DNA of 64,000 bases. Origin: a virus. A program made the translations under genes and the position numbers. The notes below the pieces were generated by a model, which did no database searches, was not told the origin of the DNA, and worked only from the letters and a program-made list of their open reading frames with translations. Positions 40,493 to 49,167 of this stretch are shown piece after piece (the first letter of the stretch is position 1; each line of letters begins with the position of its first letter). The DNA is taken from the IMG/VR virus record IMGVR_UViG_3300022916_000005. One strand, 5' to 3'.

Positions 40493-41620
40493 ATGGGTAT
40501 GTTAGACGATAAGCGACTAAAGTTGATGATTGATCTGAAGGATATTGAATCCAAGGCAATCGATCAGATCGAAAACATCTTGAAGATGGACTTTATCGTC
40601 AAGCTCGCCATTATGCCCGACGTTCACATGGGTTACACCTTACCAATTGGAGGTGTGGCTTTGACGAAAGATGTTATCTCTCCTGTTTTCGTAGGATATG
40701 ACATTGGGTGCGGAATGTGCCTTGTCGAGACCAACATTAAGGCATCAAAGTGGAATCAGGGAAAGAAAGAGAGAATCTACAAGGCAATCTGTGAGGCAAT
40801 TCCTGTCGGAAAAACGTCTCACGAGGATTCCCAGGATTATGTAGATTTTGTCTCGGAATCCAAGAACAAAAACCTTGACAAGAAGGTCAATAGTCGTCTT
40901 AAGATTCAGCTAGGAACGTTAGGATCGGGAAACCACTTCATCGAGTTAGGCGAGAACAAAGAAGGAAAGATTTGTATCACCATTCATTCAGGTTCTAGGA
41001 ACATCGGACATTCTATTGCAACCTACTACATGAACATCAAACAGGACGGGCTAGACAAGGGATTCTTGCATCTTGATTCTGTAGAAGGTCGTCAGTATGC
41101 CGCAGACCTTCTATTCGCTCAGAACTACGCATTAGACAATCGTAAGCACATGATGAAGGCTGTCCTTGAGATCCTTAATGTTAAAGATGTTGATGGTGCG
41201 ATAAAGGGGATGATCAATGAAAACCACAACCATGCCATTGTTCTTGATGGTGGACTTGTTTTGCATAGGAAGGGAGCGACTCCGGCAGACAAAGGTCAGT
41301 TAGGTGTAATTCCTGCCAACATGCGAGATGGCGTGTATGTGACGAAAGGTCTTGGCAACGATGAGTATCTTAACTCTGCCTCTCACGGATGCGGGCGAAC
41401 GATGGGGAGAAATGATGCAAAGAGAAACCTTGATGTAGATGTCTTTAAGAAGGGCATGAAGGGAATTGTTGCAAGCGTTGATAAGTCGTCTTTGGATGAA
41501 GCCCCGATGGCATACAAGGATGCAAATTTTGTCATTGATGCTCAGAAGGGTATTGCGGTAGATGTCATCGATCATATCAAGACCCTTATCGTTGTGAAAG
41601 GTACGTCAAGACCTTTATAA
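40493..41620 (+). CDS. rtcB: RtcB 3'-phosphate/5'-OH RNA ligase
   Basis: MPDVHMG, VGYDIGCG, LGTLGSGNHFIE, HSGSR, HNH, HRKGAT, SASHGCGR, DEAPMAYK. Confidence 0.95.
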   Translation: MGMLDDKRLKLMIDLKDIESKAIDQIENILKMDFIVKLAIMPDVHMGYTLPIGGVALTKDVISPVFVGYDIGCGMCLVETNIKASKWNQGKKERIYKAICEAIPVGKTSHEDSQDYVDFVSESKNKNLDKKVNSRLKIQLGTLGSGNHFIELGENKEGKICITIHSGSRNIGHSIATYYMNIKQDGLDKGFLHLDSVEGRQYAADLLFAQNYALDNRKHMMKAVLEILNVKDVDGAIKGMINENHNHAIVLDGGLVLHRKGATPADKGQLGVIPANMRDGVYVTKGLGNDEYLNSASHGCGRTMGRNDAKRNLDVDVFKKGMKGIVASVDKSSLDEAPMAYKDANFVIDAQKGIAVDVIDHIKTLIVVKGTSRPL

Positions 41621-41655
41621 AACAAAATAGAGAAGAACAACATAACGAGGCAATT

Positions 41656-42048
41656 ATGGCGAATTTCGAGACATATGAAGTGAAAGTGTATGACAATGGT
41701 GACAAATCTTGGTATCAAAATGGCAAGTGTCACCGCATTGACGGCCCTGCCATTGAATATGCCGATGGTGACAAATCTTGGTATCAAAATGGCAAGTGTC
41801 ACCGCATTGACGGCCCTGCTGCCGAATATGCCGATGGTGACAAATTTTGGTATCAAAATGGCAAGCGTCACCGCATTGACGGCCCTGCCATTGAACGTGC
41901 CAATGGTGACAAATGTTGGTACATTGATGATAAGTACTATTCCGAGCATGACTACAATGCCGAGATTACCAAGCGCAATGCCAATACCTGCGAAGATCGC
42001 CTTGTCGAGATTGACGGCATCAAGTACAAGCTGATCAAGGCTTGCTAA
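41656..42048 (+). CDS. HRIDGPA repeat protein, class B, 3 units
   Basis: MANFETYEVKVY cap and class B tail. Confidence 0.85.
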   Translation: MANFETYEVKVYDNGDKSWYQNGKCHRIDGPAIEYADGDKSWYQNGKCHRIDGPAAEYADGDKFWYQNGKRHRIDGPAIERANGDKCWYIDDKYYSEHDYNAEITKRNANTCEDRLVEIDGIKYKLIKAC

Positions 42049-42150
42049 TCCTGCCAAAACTTTCCCCTTGACTGCCACGTCATCCTGTGGTACTATAGGG
42101 CATGAGGTTGAGGGATTGAGTCAAAACGAACGAACTGAGAGGGATATATC

Positions 42151-42453
42151 ATGACGACGATTGGACGTGGAATGTTTGCGAAAGGGATCAAGTCGAGCAC
42201 AGCGAACAGCAAGGTGACGGTCAAGACACCGGACGGAAAGGTGCGAACGATGCACAAGAACGGCAAGATGGCGAAGGAAGGCGGAATCGTCGGCCCGAAG
42301 GCCCACGCGCGCAATTTGCGAACGTCCGTCAAGTCCGAGAAGGTCGTCAACCGTGTCAATACGGTTAGCGGTAGCAAGGCCGCGAAGGTCGTCATTCGCA
42401 AGCGCAACGAGGAAGCCGTCACCTTCATCACGGGTCGCATTGCCGATAACTAA
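42151..42453 (+). CDS. Small basic (K/R-rich) protein, possible nucleic-acid binder
   Basis: Own promoter at 42068, GAGGG RBS, GC-rich codons, strongly basic. Confidence 0.6.
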   Translation: MTTIGRGMFAKGIKSSTANSKVTVKTPDGKVRTMHKNGKMAKEGGIVGPKAHARNLRTSVKSEKVVNRVNTVSGSKAAKVVIRKRNEEAVTFITGRIADN

Positions 42454-42624
42454 GAAATAAACATCATGAAGAAGATAAACCCATATAAGCTCAACGATCA
42501 AGAGGCCATTAGATTTCTTATCTTTTTGGGAATTACAGGAATGTTTGACCCATTCATGGTATGTATCTTTCTTTCAGTTATGTGGAAGCACCTGGATTAG
42601 TAGTAGAAGCAACATAACGAGGCA

Positions 42625-43017
42625 ATGATGGCAAATTTCGAGACATATGAAGTGAGAGTGTATGCCAATGGTGACAAACATTGGTATCAAAATGGCAAAC
42701 ATCACCGCATTGACGGCCCTGCCATTGAATATGTCAATGGTGACAAATATTGGTATCAAAATGGCAAACATTACCGCATTGACGGTCCTGCTGTTGAATA
42801 TGCCAATGGTGAGAAACATTGGTATCAAAATGGCAAACATCACCGCATTGACGGCCCTGCCGTTGAATATGCCAATGGTGACAAATCTTGGTATCTTGAT
42901 GGTGTCGAATATTTCGAGCATGACCACAACAACGAGATTGCCAAGCGAAATGGCAATTCCTGCGAAAATCGCCTTGTCGAGATTGAAGGCGTCAAGTACA
43001 AGTTGCTCAAGGTCTGA
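42625..43017 (+). CDS. HRIDGPA repeat protein, class B, 3 units
   Basis: Class B caps (slightly diverged tail). Confidence 0.85.
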   Translation: MMANFETYEVRVYANGDKHWYQNGKHHRIDGPAIEYVNGDKYWYQNGKHYRIDGPAVEYANGEKHWYQNGKHHRIDGPAVEYANGDKSWYLDGVEYFEHDHNNEIAKRNGNSCENRLVEIEGVKYKLLKV

Positions 43018-43720
43018 CAATCCTGCCATGAATAACGATACACGATTCATTATCATATTCTCTGTTTAGCAACAATCCTCCTTGACAATCCCTCCCCTCT
43101 ATGATATCATATATATACCAGATAAGGAAGAAGCGCAAAGAAGGAAGTATGTCGTTATTTGTCGATAATTGGATGGATATGAAACAGTTTAGAAAGGGAA
43201 ACTCTTTGGTTAAGGACAGAACCTTGATCTGTGATAGATATCCCCGAGAAGGACAAAATAAAACAATGAGATATAAGATAGGAACAATACTGTACGATAC
43301 AGGAAAGAACTATAGAGAGTACGGAGTAATAAGAAGAACAAAAGACTATGCTTATAGTCATGTGAAGTACTATGAGATATATTGGTATAAGACAAAATCA
43401 ATAGAACAGTATTCAAAAGAAGGATTAAGAGAACTAGTATTAAGTGATAGATTCAGGGTAATATTAGAAGGAAAGGAAGAAGAAAAAACTTAATGAATCT
43501 AAAAGAATATAAGATAAAGGTAGGAACTGTATTGTATGATACAGATGAAGGGTATAAAGAGTATGGAGTAGTAATAGATGAGAGGGTAGAAAAAGATTAT
43601 GGAAGTATAATCTATAAGGTCTATTGGTATGGACTAAGAACAAGAGAAGATTACTATAAAACAGTCTTAGAATCTACAATTAGAATGGGTCGATATGAGG
43701 TTATTGTAGTGTAAATGGGG

Positions 43721-43875
43721 AACTGTGGGAAGATGTGGGAAGATGTGGTAAAATGTGGTAAAATGTGGAGTGTCAAAAAAACATACCAAAAGATGTAATA
43801 AAAACAGGGACTTACGCGATTTTGGAAAAAAATTTACATCCAGATTTACGTCCAAATTAGGGCATTTTAGGGCAT
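43721..43875. repeat. Iteron-like short direct repeats
   Basis: Five 10-mers like AGATGTGG(G/T)A (43721-43770), ATTTAC(A/G)TCCA x2, TTAGGGCAT x2, all intergenic. Confidence 0.7.
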
Positions 43876-45131
43876 ATTATAGCATACACTAACAACACTC
43901 CAAAAGTAGGAACAATATACTACGATACCGTATATAAAGAGTATGGTATCGTCTTGTCAACAGATATAGAACATGAAATTGTCACAATAAAGTGGATACC
44001 GATAAAAGGTACAGAAACCTTTGAAAGAATAGACCATAAATTCCCAATAGATTATCTGGATAGTCATATGTGTGTTATCTTAACATAGAAAAGGAATAGA
44101 ATGTCAAGTCCTAAATTCAGAATAGGCACGATTTTGCTCTGTGAACACCAAAGCCACAGAGCATTTGGAGTTGTCATAGGTATAGATGCTGTAAGTTATA
44201 CTATAAGTTGGCCACATTATGGCATTAAAAAGCATCCTACTGATATTATGGACAGGATATATGGCGAAAATGGCGAAAATGACAAGGATTTTCATGTAGT
44301 CATTATATGACCAAGCTTTTCCCCTTTTGTACGGGTAAATAGTTTATCTCTTATATGGCGAGATCTTATAGAAAGGCCATATTTAGCCCAAAATGTAGGA
44401 AATAGGCTTACACGGCAAAATATTGCAATACCATTATGACACCCTCTTTAAGCACATATTTATGTCATATTCTAACATATTTCGGACAGTTTTGACAAGG
44501 AAAAAGAGGCAAAAACATGATAAAAGTTCCAGAAAAAGAGGTACTAACTATAGGAGCAATAATCTATGACGCTAATTTAGCCTATTGTGAGTACGGTATT
44601 GTAATCCCAAATGAGCCAAATATATCTGAAATTGGACAAAGAGTACATATTGTGTGGAAAAAGCAAGGAATAACATCATACGAGACAATGTACTACCTCT
44701 CAAGACATTGTTACCTCATAGCCAACTAAGGAATAGAATGTCAAGTCCTAAATACAAGATAGGTACAATATTCTATGATGATAGCGAAATATACCAAGAG
44801 TATGGAATAGTCATTGGATATAGTAATGATACCTATGATCAAGATTATCATATAAGATGGGTTAATAGAACAGAGTTGCTTAATTCATACGAAGATGTAC
44901 ATACAGTTGACAATTATGAATTAATATATAAAGCATAATTGTATTAACAATCTTTGTTGTCAATATTGTGTGCATAGGGGTACCCCTCCCCCTTCCCGGA
45001 ATCTATGTCTATAGTGGTAATAGTGCCTATTTTGGTGTATTAAATCAAATAAATACACAAGAGCAAATTTGTCAGATTTTACAATCTGACTGCATTCATC
45101 CTGGTTAAATACACAGGAAGAAAATTTGCCA

Positions 45132-45179
45132 AAAAAACAAGATCACCAAAAAACAAGATCACCAAAAAACAAGATCACC
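45132..45179. repeat. Perfect 16-bp tandem repeat x3
   Basis: AAAAAACAAGATCACC x3. Confidence 0.9.
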
Positions 45180-45212
45180 AAAAACAACATGTTGGCATCT
45201 ATTTATACCAAT

Positions 45213-45788
45213 ATGAAAAAATTAATTATCAAAGAAGAAGGTGGATGGTCAAAGGCATATTCCGACTTTGACGAAGACATGACAAATCAAGGAACAAAAA
45301 GTTTCAATCAATATATACATCACGACCCGCTTAATTCATTAAGAGCATACAATGAAAAGGTATATAAAAGGGTCATGGAGTGGGCAGAATACCCTGCTGC
45401 AAGTGCCATTAATGTCTCCTTTTCTTCCTTTGTTATAAAATATAAGAAGTTGGCAAAAGCTTTTAATCCTAACAACTCACTTGGCATGGAAGAGTATGAA
45501 AGAGCCGAATCTGTCAAGATGTTAAAACAAATGTTGGAACTTACATCAACAAACGGAACATACATTCCAATGTTGAAGGTTGTATATCAATATTTGTCCG
45601 GCATTGACAACATTCGAACTCATGGGGTTCCATATACCGATCCGCATTCTGGTAATATTGGGCTTGATCGACAAGGAAATCTTTTGTTCTTTGATTTTGG
45701 CACTCAAGACCCGCGTTATAAGGGAAGTAACAAGAAACGTATCAGAAAGGAAGAACCCGACATGCTTGAAGAGAAATATTCAGTTTAA
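45213..45788 (+). CDS. Kinase-like protein (catalytic C-lobe motifs only)
   Basis: DPHSGNIG...FFDFG; no obvious Gly-rich loop; KKLIIKEE N-terminus. Confidence 0.6.
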   Translation: MKKLIIKEEGGWSKAYSDFDEDMTNQGTKSFNQYIHHDPLNSLRAYNEKVYKRVMEWAEYPAASAINVSFSSFVIKYKKLAKAFNPNNSLGMEEYERAESVKMLKQMLELTSTNGTYIPMLKVVYQYLSGIDNIRTHGVPYTDPHSGNIGLDRQGNLLFFDFGTQDPRYKGSNKKRIRKEEPDMLEEKYSV

Positions 45789-45832
45789 GAAACTATATAT
45801 ATTGTTGTTATATAATATGGAGATCAAATTAA

Positions 45833-46321
45833 ATGAAGATTAATGGACTAATGAAAAAAAGATGGTACAAGGCTTGGGTACAAGATCAACTCGGAACTGA
45901 GGGGAATGTTACTCTTGCAACAGATGAATATGTCGATCTTGTTCCAGCACTGACATATATGAATGAATTTAATGCAAGTGAATTGGATAGTGCTTGGGAA
46001 GTTGGGCCAGCATCTGGCTCTCTAACTCCTTCTGATGCTGCGGGAAATTATCGAGATCTGCACATTTCAAACGTAATCTATGGAAGAATTATCACAGGAA
46101 GTTATTCAAGTACATACGATTATGATATGGATGATATGTATTCTCTTGCCTTGGCAGGACCTAATACCTGGGTTATTCAATCTGGGACCTGGGAAGAGAT
46201 TAGAACGGCTAGTGGAACTACCTTGTGGTATGGCACTGGTTCTTCATCTACCGACCCTTCAACTGTTACTTATTGGACTGGTGCTTTTGGTTCTGGTTCT
46301 GTGGAGGTCATTTCTTCTTAA
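45833..46321 (+). CDS. Ser/Gly/Thr-rich probable virion protein
   Basis: ASGS/TGS repeats; late-type motif at 45792. Confidence 0.5.
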   Translation: MKINGLMKKRWYKAWVQDQLGTEGNVTLATDEYVDLVPALTYMNEFNASELDSAWEVGPASGSLTPSDAAGNYRDLHISNVIYGRIITGSYSSTYDYDMDDMYSLALAGPNTWVIQSGTWEEIRTASGTTLWYGTGSSSTDPSTVTYWTGAFGSGSVEVISS

Positions 46322-46375
46322 CAGCGTTATCAAACTCTGTAGTTATTATTGTAAGTTAATGAACTACTTATTCAT

Positions 46376-47317
46376 ATGGACAACAACAATAAAAAACTAA
46401 TCAAAGAATCTCAATTTATTCAAAATGATCCTGTTGAAATCATGAAGTTCAATGGACTTAAAAACTATGTCAACATTATTGCCAATTGGGCAGGGGTCGA
46501 ATCTTTTGATCGAGTCCTTGGTAACGGTTTCTATGGGGTTGCCTATGCAACATCCGATCCAAATATTGTTATAAAATTCACACAAGATGCCACAGAAGCA
46601 AAATCTGCCTCCACAATTATCGGGGATAATCTCCCAAATGTATATCACATCTATAAGGTAGGGAAACTCATTCCCGAGAACAAGAAAACAAAAGATCCAA
46701 GAAAAGACCTCAGAAAGATTTTATCAAAAGATATCTCTAAAGATATTTATGTCCTTGTAATCAACTATGTTGAAGAAGTACCAATTGAAGTATTTCAGGC
46801 AGTCGAACTCATCCCTCCAGAATACCTTAAATATCTTGATTCTATGTATATTACATTAGATCATAAAAAATTCTATGAATTAATCCGTACATACCAATCA
46901 ATATATAAAGGTAAAGAAAAAGAATTGATGACAAAGTATTATCGAAGAGAATATAATATCATTGCCTTTGTAATGGTTATGTCAATGATTGGAGGAGAAC
47001 CATACGAAGTTGATCAACTCGATTTATTTTTGAAGGAAGAATTATCCGATCCTGCATTTGAAATGACAAATACACATGACATTGCCAACATTGCATTAGA
47101 AACGGAAGTTGAACTTGAAGAGCTTGGTTACATCTGGCAAGTATTCTCTGGCACCAATGCTTTAAAAAGATCGGGCATTACATTTGATGACGTACATCCT
47201 GGTAATGTTGGAATTGGTCCCGATGGAGAGATTCAAATTATTGATATTGGTGTATCATTGGCAAAACGTAAGCCACACATTGATCAATTAAAAATGCTCA
47301 AGAAACGGAGAATTTAA
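46376..47317 (+). CDS. Protein kinase/APH-like kinase
   Basis: LGNGFYGVAY, VIKFT, DDVHPGNV, IIDIG. Confidence 0.8.
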   Translation: MDNNNKKLIKESQFIQNDPVEIMKFNGLKNYVNIIANWAGVESFDRVLGNGFYGVAYATSDPNIVIKFTQDATEAKSASTIIGDNLPNVYHIYKVGKLIPENKKTKDPRKDLRKILSKDISKDIYVLVINYVEEVPIEVFQAVELIPPEYLKYLDSMYITLDHKKFYELIRTYQSIYKGKEKELMTKYYRREYNIIAFVMVMSMIGGEPYEVDQLDLFLKEELSDPAFEMTNTHDIANIALETEVELEELGYIWQVFSGTNALKRSGITFDDVHPGNVGIGPDGEIQIIDIGVSLAKRKPHIDQLKMLKKRRI

Positions 47318-47318
47318 A

Positions 47319-49115
47319 ATGCCATTACTAACTGAACGTAAAAAAGATTTTGATTTATATTTCTCCGTTGTTAAGGCATATCTCAACATTGTTAACAGTA
47401 TCGAATATGATTCTCGATTAATTTCTCTCGATATGAATGAAAAGGAAAGATCATTAGATTTTGGTATTTCATGTGATTCTTATCTTGGAGAATTTGGCTT
47501 ACCAATGCCAATCGAATTGTTCCTTCGATTTACGATTGGACAAAAAGAAGGAGGAGCATCTCAAGGAATATCAACAGACGAAAATGGAAACAATGTTGCA
47601 TTAATTATTGTCAAAGTTCCAACACCTATTGATGCTGCCATGAATTTGGCAGATAAAATTAAAAACAATCCAGAAGGGGTAGGAGCTTTTCTCAAAGGAA
47701 TAATGCAAGATGAATATGTAAAATCTGAATTATATCATGAACTTACACATCTCTTTGATCGCTTTAAATATACTGGATCTGACATTTTTAATAAAGTTAT
47801 GGCAAATTATCCCAATGTATTAACTGGAAATGTGACAGCAAAAGATATGGTAAGATATGTCAATCATCCTTTTGAAATGACTGCATTTTATCAACAAGCT
47901 GCAGGAGTTTTCCGTGATGATTGGGCAAAAGAAGAGGACTACGACATTTCCTTGTCAGAAGTTGTAAAAGATCCTGATAAAATTCGTAAACATGTTCAAT
48001 ATTTCATTGATGAATATTTATCTCCAGATTTTGTCACACTACTTCTTCCAAAAAATCGAAAGAAGATTATAAGATGGACAATTGATTTGTTCGTTTCTAT
48101 GTATGAAGATTTATATGCCAAGGAAGATCTTCCTTCTCAAGAAAGTATGGATGCTGCACAATTTAACAGACTTGAATTGGATGAATTTATTATGCCAATT
48201 GATAAGGATAAACTTATCAACGAATTAATGGATGGGCTAACCACAGGGTTGATGGCAGAAGAAGATGAACTTCCTGATATGGAGTCTTTTTCATATGTTG
48301 TTGTATCAAATGGAAAACAAATCGGGAATACATTCGAGAATTCATGGACTGCTCACGACTTTATGATCAAAAATAACATCAATGGAGATGTCAATCGAGT
48401 TGATCGGGTTGCCAAAGATAATGATAGCGAATCATTAAATGAATCTTCAAACTCTTTTGATAATCTTTTAAAAAAATCGATCAATCTTAAACTAAATGAG
48501 GGAAGATATGATCGTATTGTAACTCAAATGAGTAGAAAATTCATTGAAGAATTGAAAACAGATGACGATAATCTTATCGAATTTGACATGATGATTCATA
48601 ACAACATTCTTGTTCACGTTCGCTGTGATATCGATCATGTTGAGAACAAAGATAAAGAATTTTCAATTGGAGGAGAGACTGGTCCTGATGATGGTCCAAC
48701 AAGAACAAATGACGCAGGATATCTAATCGATCTATATCTTGAATTTGGAAATTCAATTCCTAATACTGTATTAAACAATCTCATTCCAGAACTGAAGGAA
48801 GTGTTTAGACATGAAATTGAGCACATTCAACAGTACCAAATGACAAATGGGGATATGGTTGAAGACTATATCGAAGCAGAAGATGATTATGTTGGATATC
48901 TAACACAACCAATTGAAATTCCAGCATTCGTTCACGGAATTTACAAGAAGGCAAAAACATTGAAACAACCATTTGATGTTGTCGCTTGGGAAACAATAAT
49001 GTCATTCTCATCAGATTATTCAGATATGTCATATGAAGAGCAAGAACACGTATTCGGTGTTTGGCTAAACTATGCCAAAAAACATCTCCCCGCTGCCCAA
49101 TTCGATCAAGATTAA
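47319..49115 (+). CDS. Protein with two zincin-like HExxH domains
   Basis: HELTH...YVNHPFEMTAF and HEIEH...YLTQPIEIPAF, separated by SLNES/KLNEG. Confidence 0.7.
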   Translation: MPLLTERKKDFDLYFSVVKAYLNIVNSIEYDSRLISLDMNEKERSLDFGISCDSYLGEFGLPMPIELFLRFTIGQKEGGASQGISTDENGNNVALIIVKVPTPIDAAMNLADKIKNNPEGVGAFLKGIMQDEYVKSELYHELTHLFDRFKYTGSDIFNKVMANYPNVLTGNVTAKDMVRYVNHPFEMTAFYQQAAGVFRDDWAKEEDYDISLSEVVKDPDKIRKHVQYFIDEYLSPDFVTLLLPKNRKKIIRWTIDLFVSMYEDLYAKEDLPSQESMDAAQFNRLELDEFIMPIDKDKLINELMDGLTTGLMAEEDELPDMESFSYVVVSNGKQIGNTFENSWTAHDFMIKNNINGDVNRVDRVAKDNDSESLNESSNSFDNLLKKSINLKLNEGRYDRIVTQMSRKFIEELKTDDDNLIEFDMMIHNNILVHVRCDIDHVENKDKEFSIGGETGPDDGPTRTNDAGYLIDLYLEFGNSIPNTVLNNLIPELKEVFRHEIEHIQQYQMTNGDMVEDYIEAEDDYVGYLTQPIEIPAFVHGIYKKAKTLKQPFDVVAWETIMSFSSDYSDMSYEEQEHVFGVWLNYAKKHLPAAQFDQD

Positions 49116-49129
49116 TTCATTATCTATCA

Positions 49130-49138
49130 ACTATTTAT
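49130..49138 (+). promoter_or_regulatory. Putative phage late-promoter motif ACTATTTAT (representative copy)
   Basis: Variants at 1158, 4037, 7834, 26787, 45198, 45792, 46363, 49130, 55368, 58472, 61215, 62219 and minus strand 18005-18013, each just upstream of a gene that lacks a sigma70 promoter. Confidence 0.65.
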
Positions 49139-49167
49139 ATCAACTACAATCAAAGGATGACAATCAA

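Larger units (their letters stand above)
26021..43110 (+). repeat. Dispersed family of near-identical promoter cassettes
   Basis: TTGAC at 26029, 27811, 29534, 30821, 32864, 34248, 34518, 34764, 35046, 35124, 35202, 35277, 36548, 36815, 38129, 38974, 39329, 39947, 40426, 42068, 43082. Each has a pyrimidine run upstream, a 17-bp spacer and a TAnnAT -10, usually with extended TG. Confidence 0.88.

Noticed and set aside
5574-43017. Classical diversity-generating retroelement as the source of repeat variation
   Set aside because: The position-1/2 variation is suggestive, but no RT or AAY-rich template is in the window. x1 and x3 codons never start with A/G, and the scaffold GAA and CAA-AAT adenines show almost no synonymous change. 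Not excluded if an RT and template exist elsewhere in the genome.
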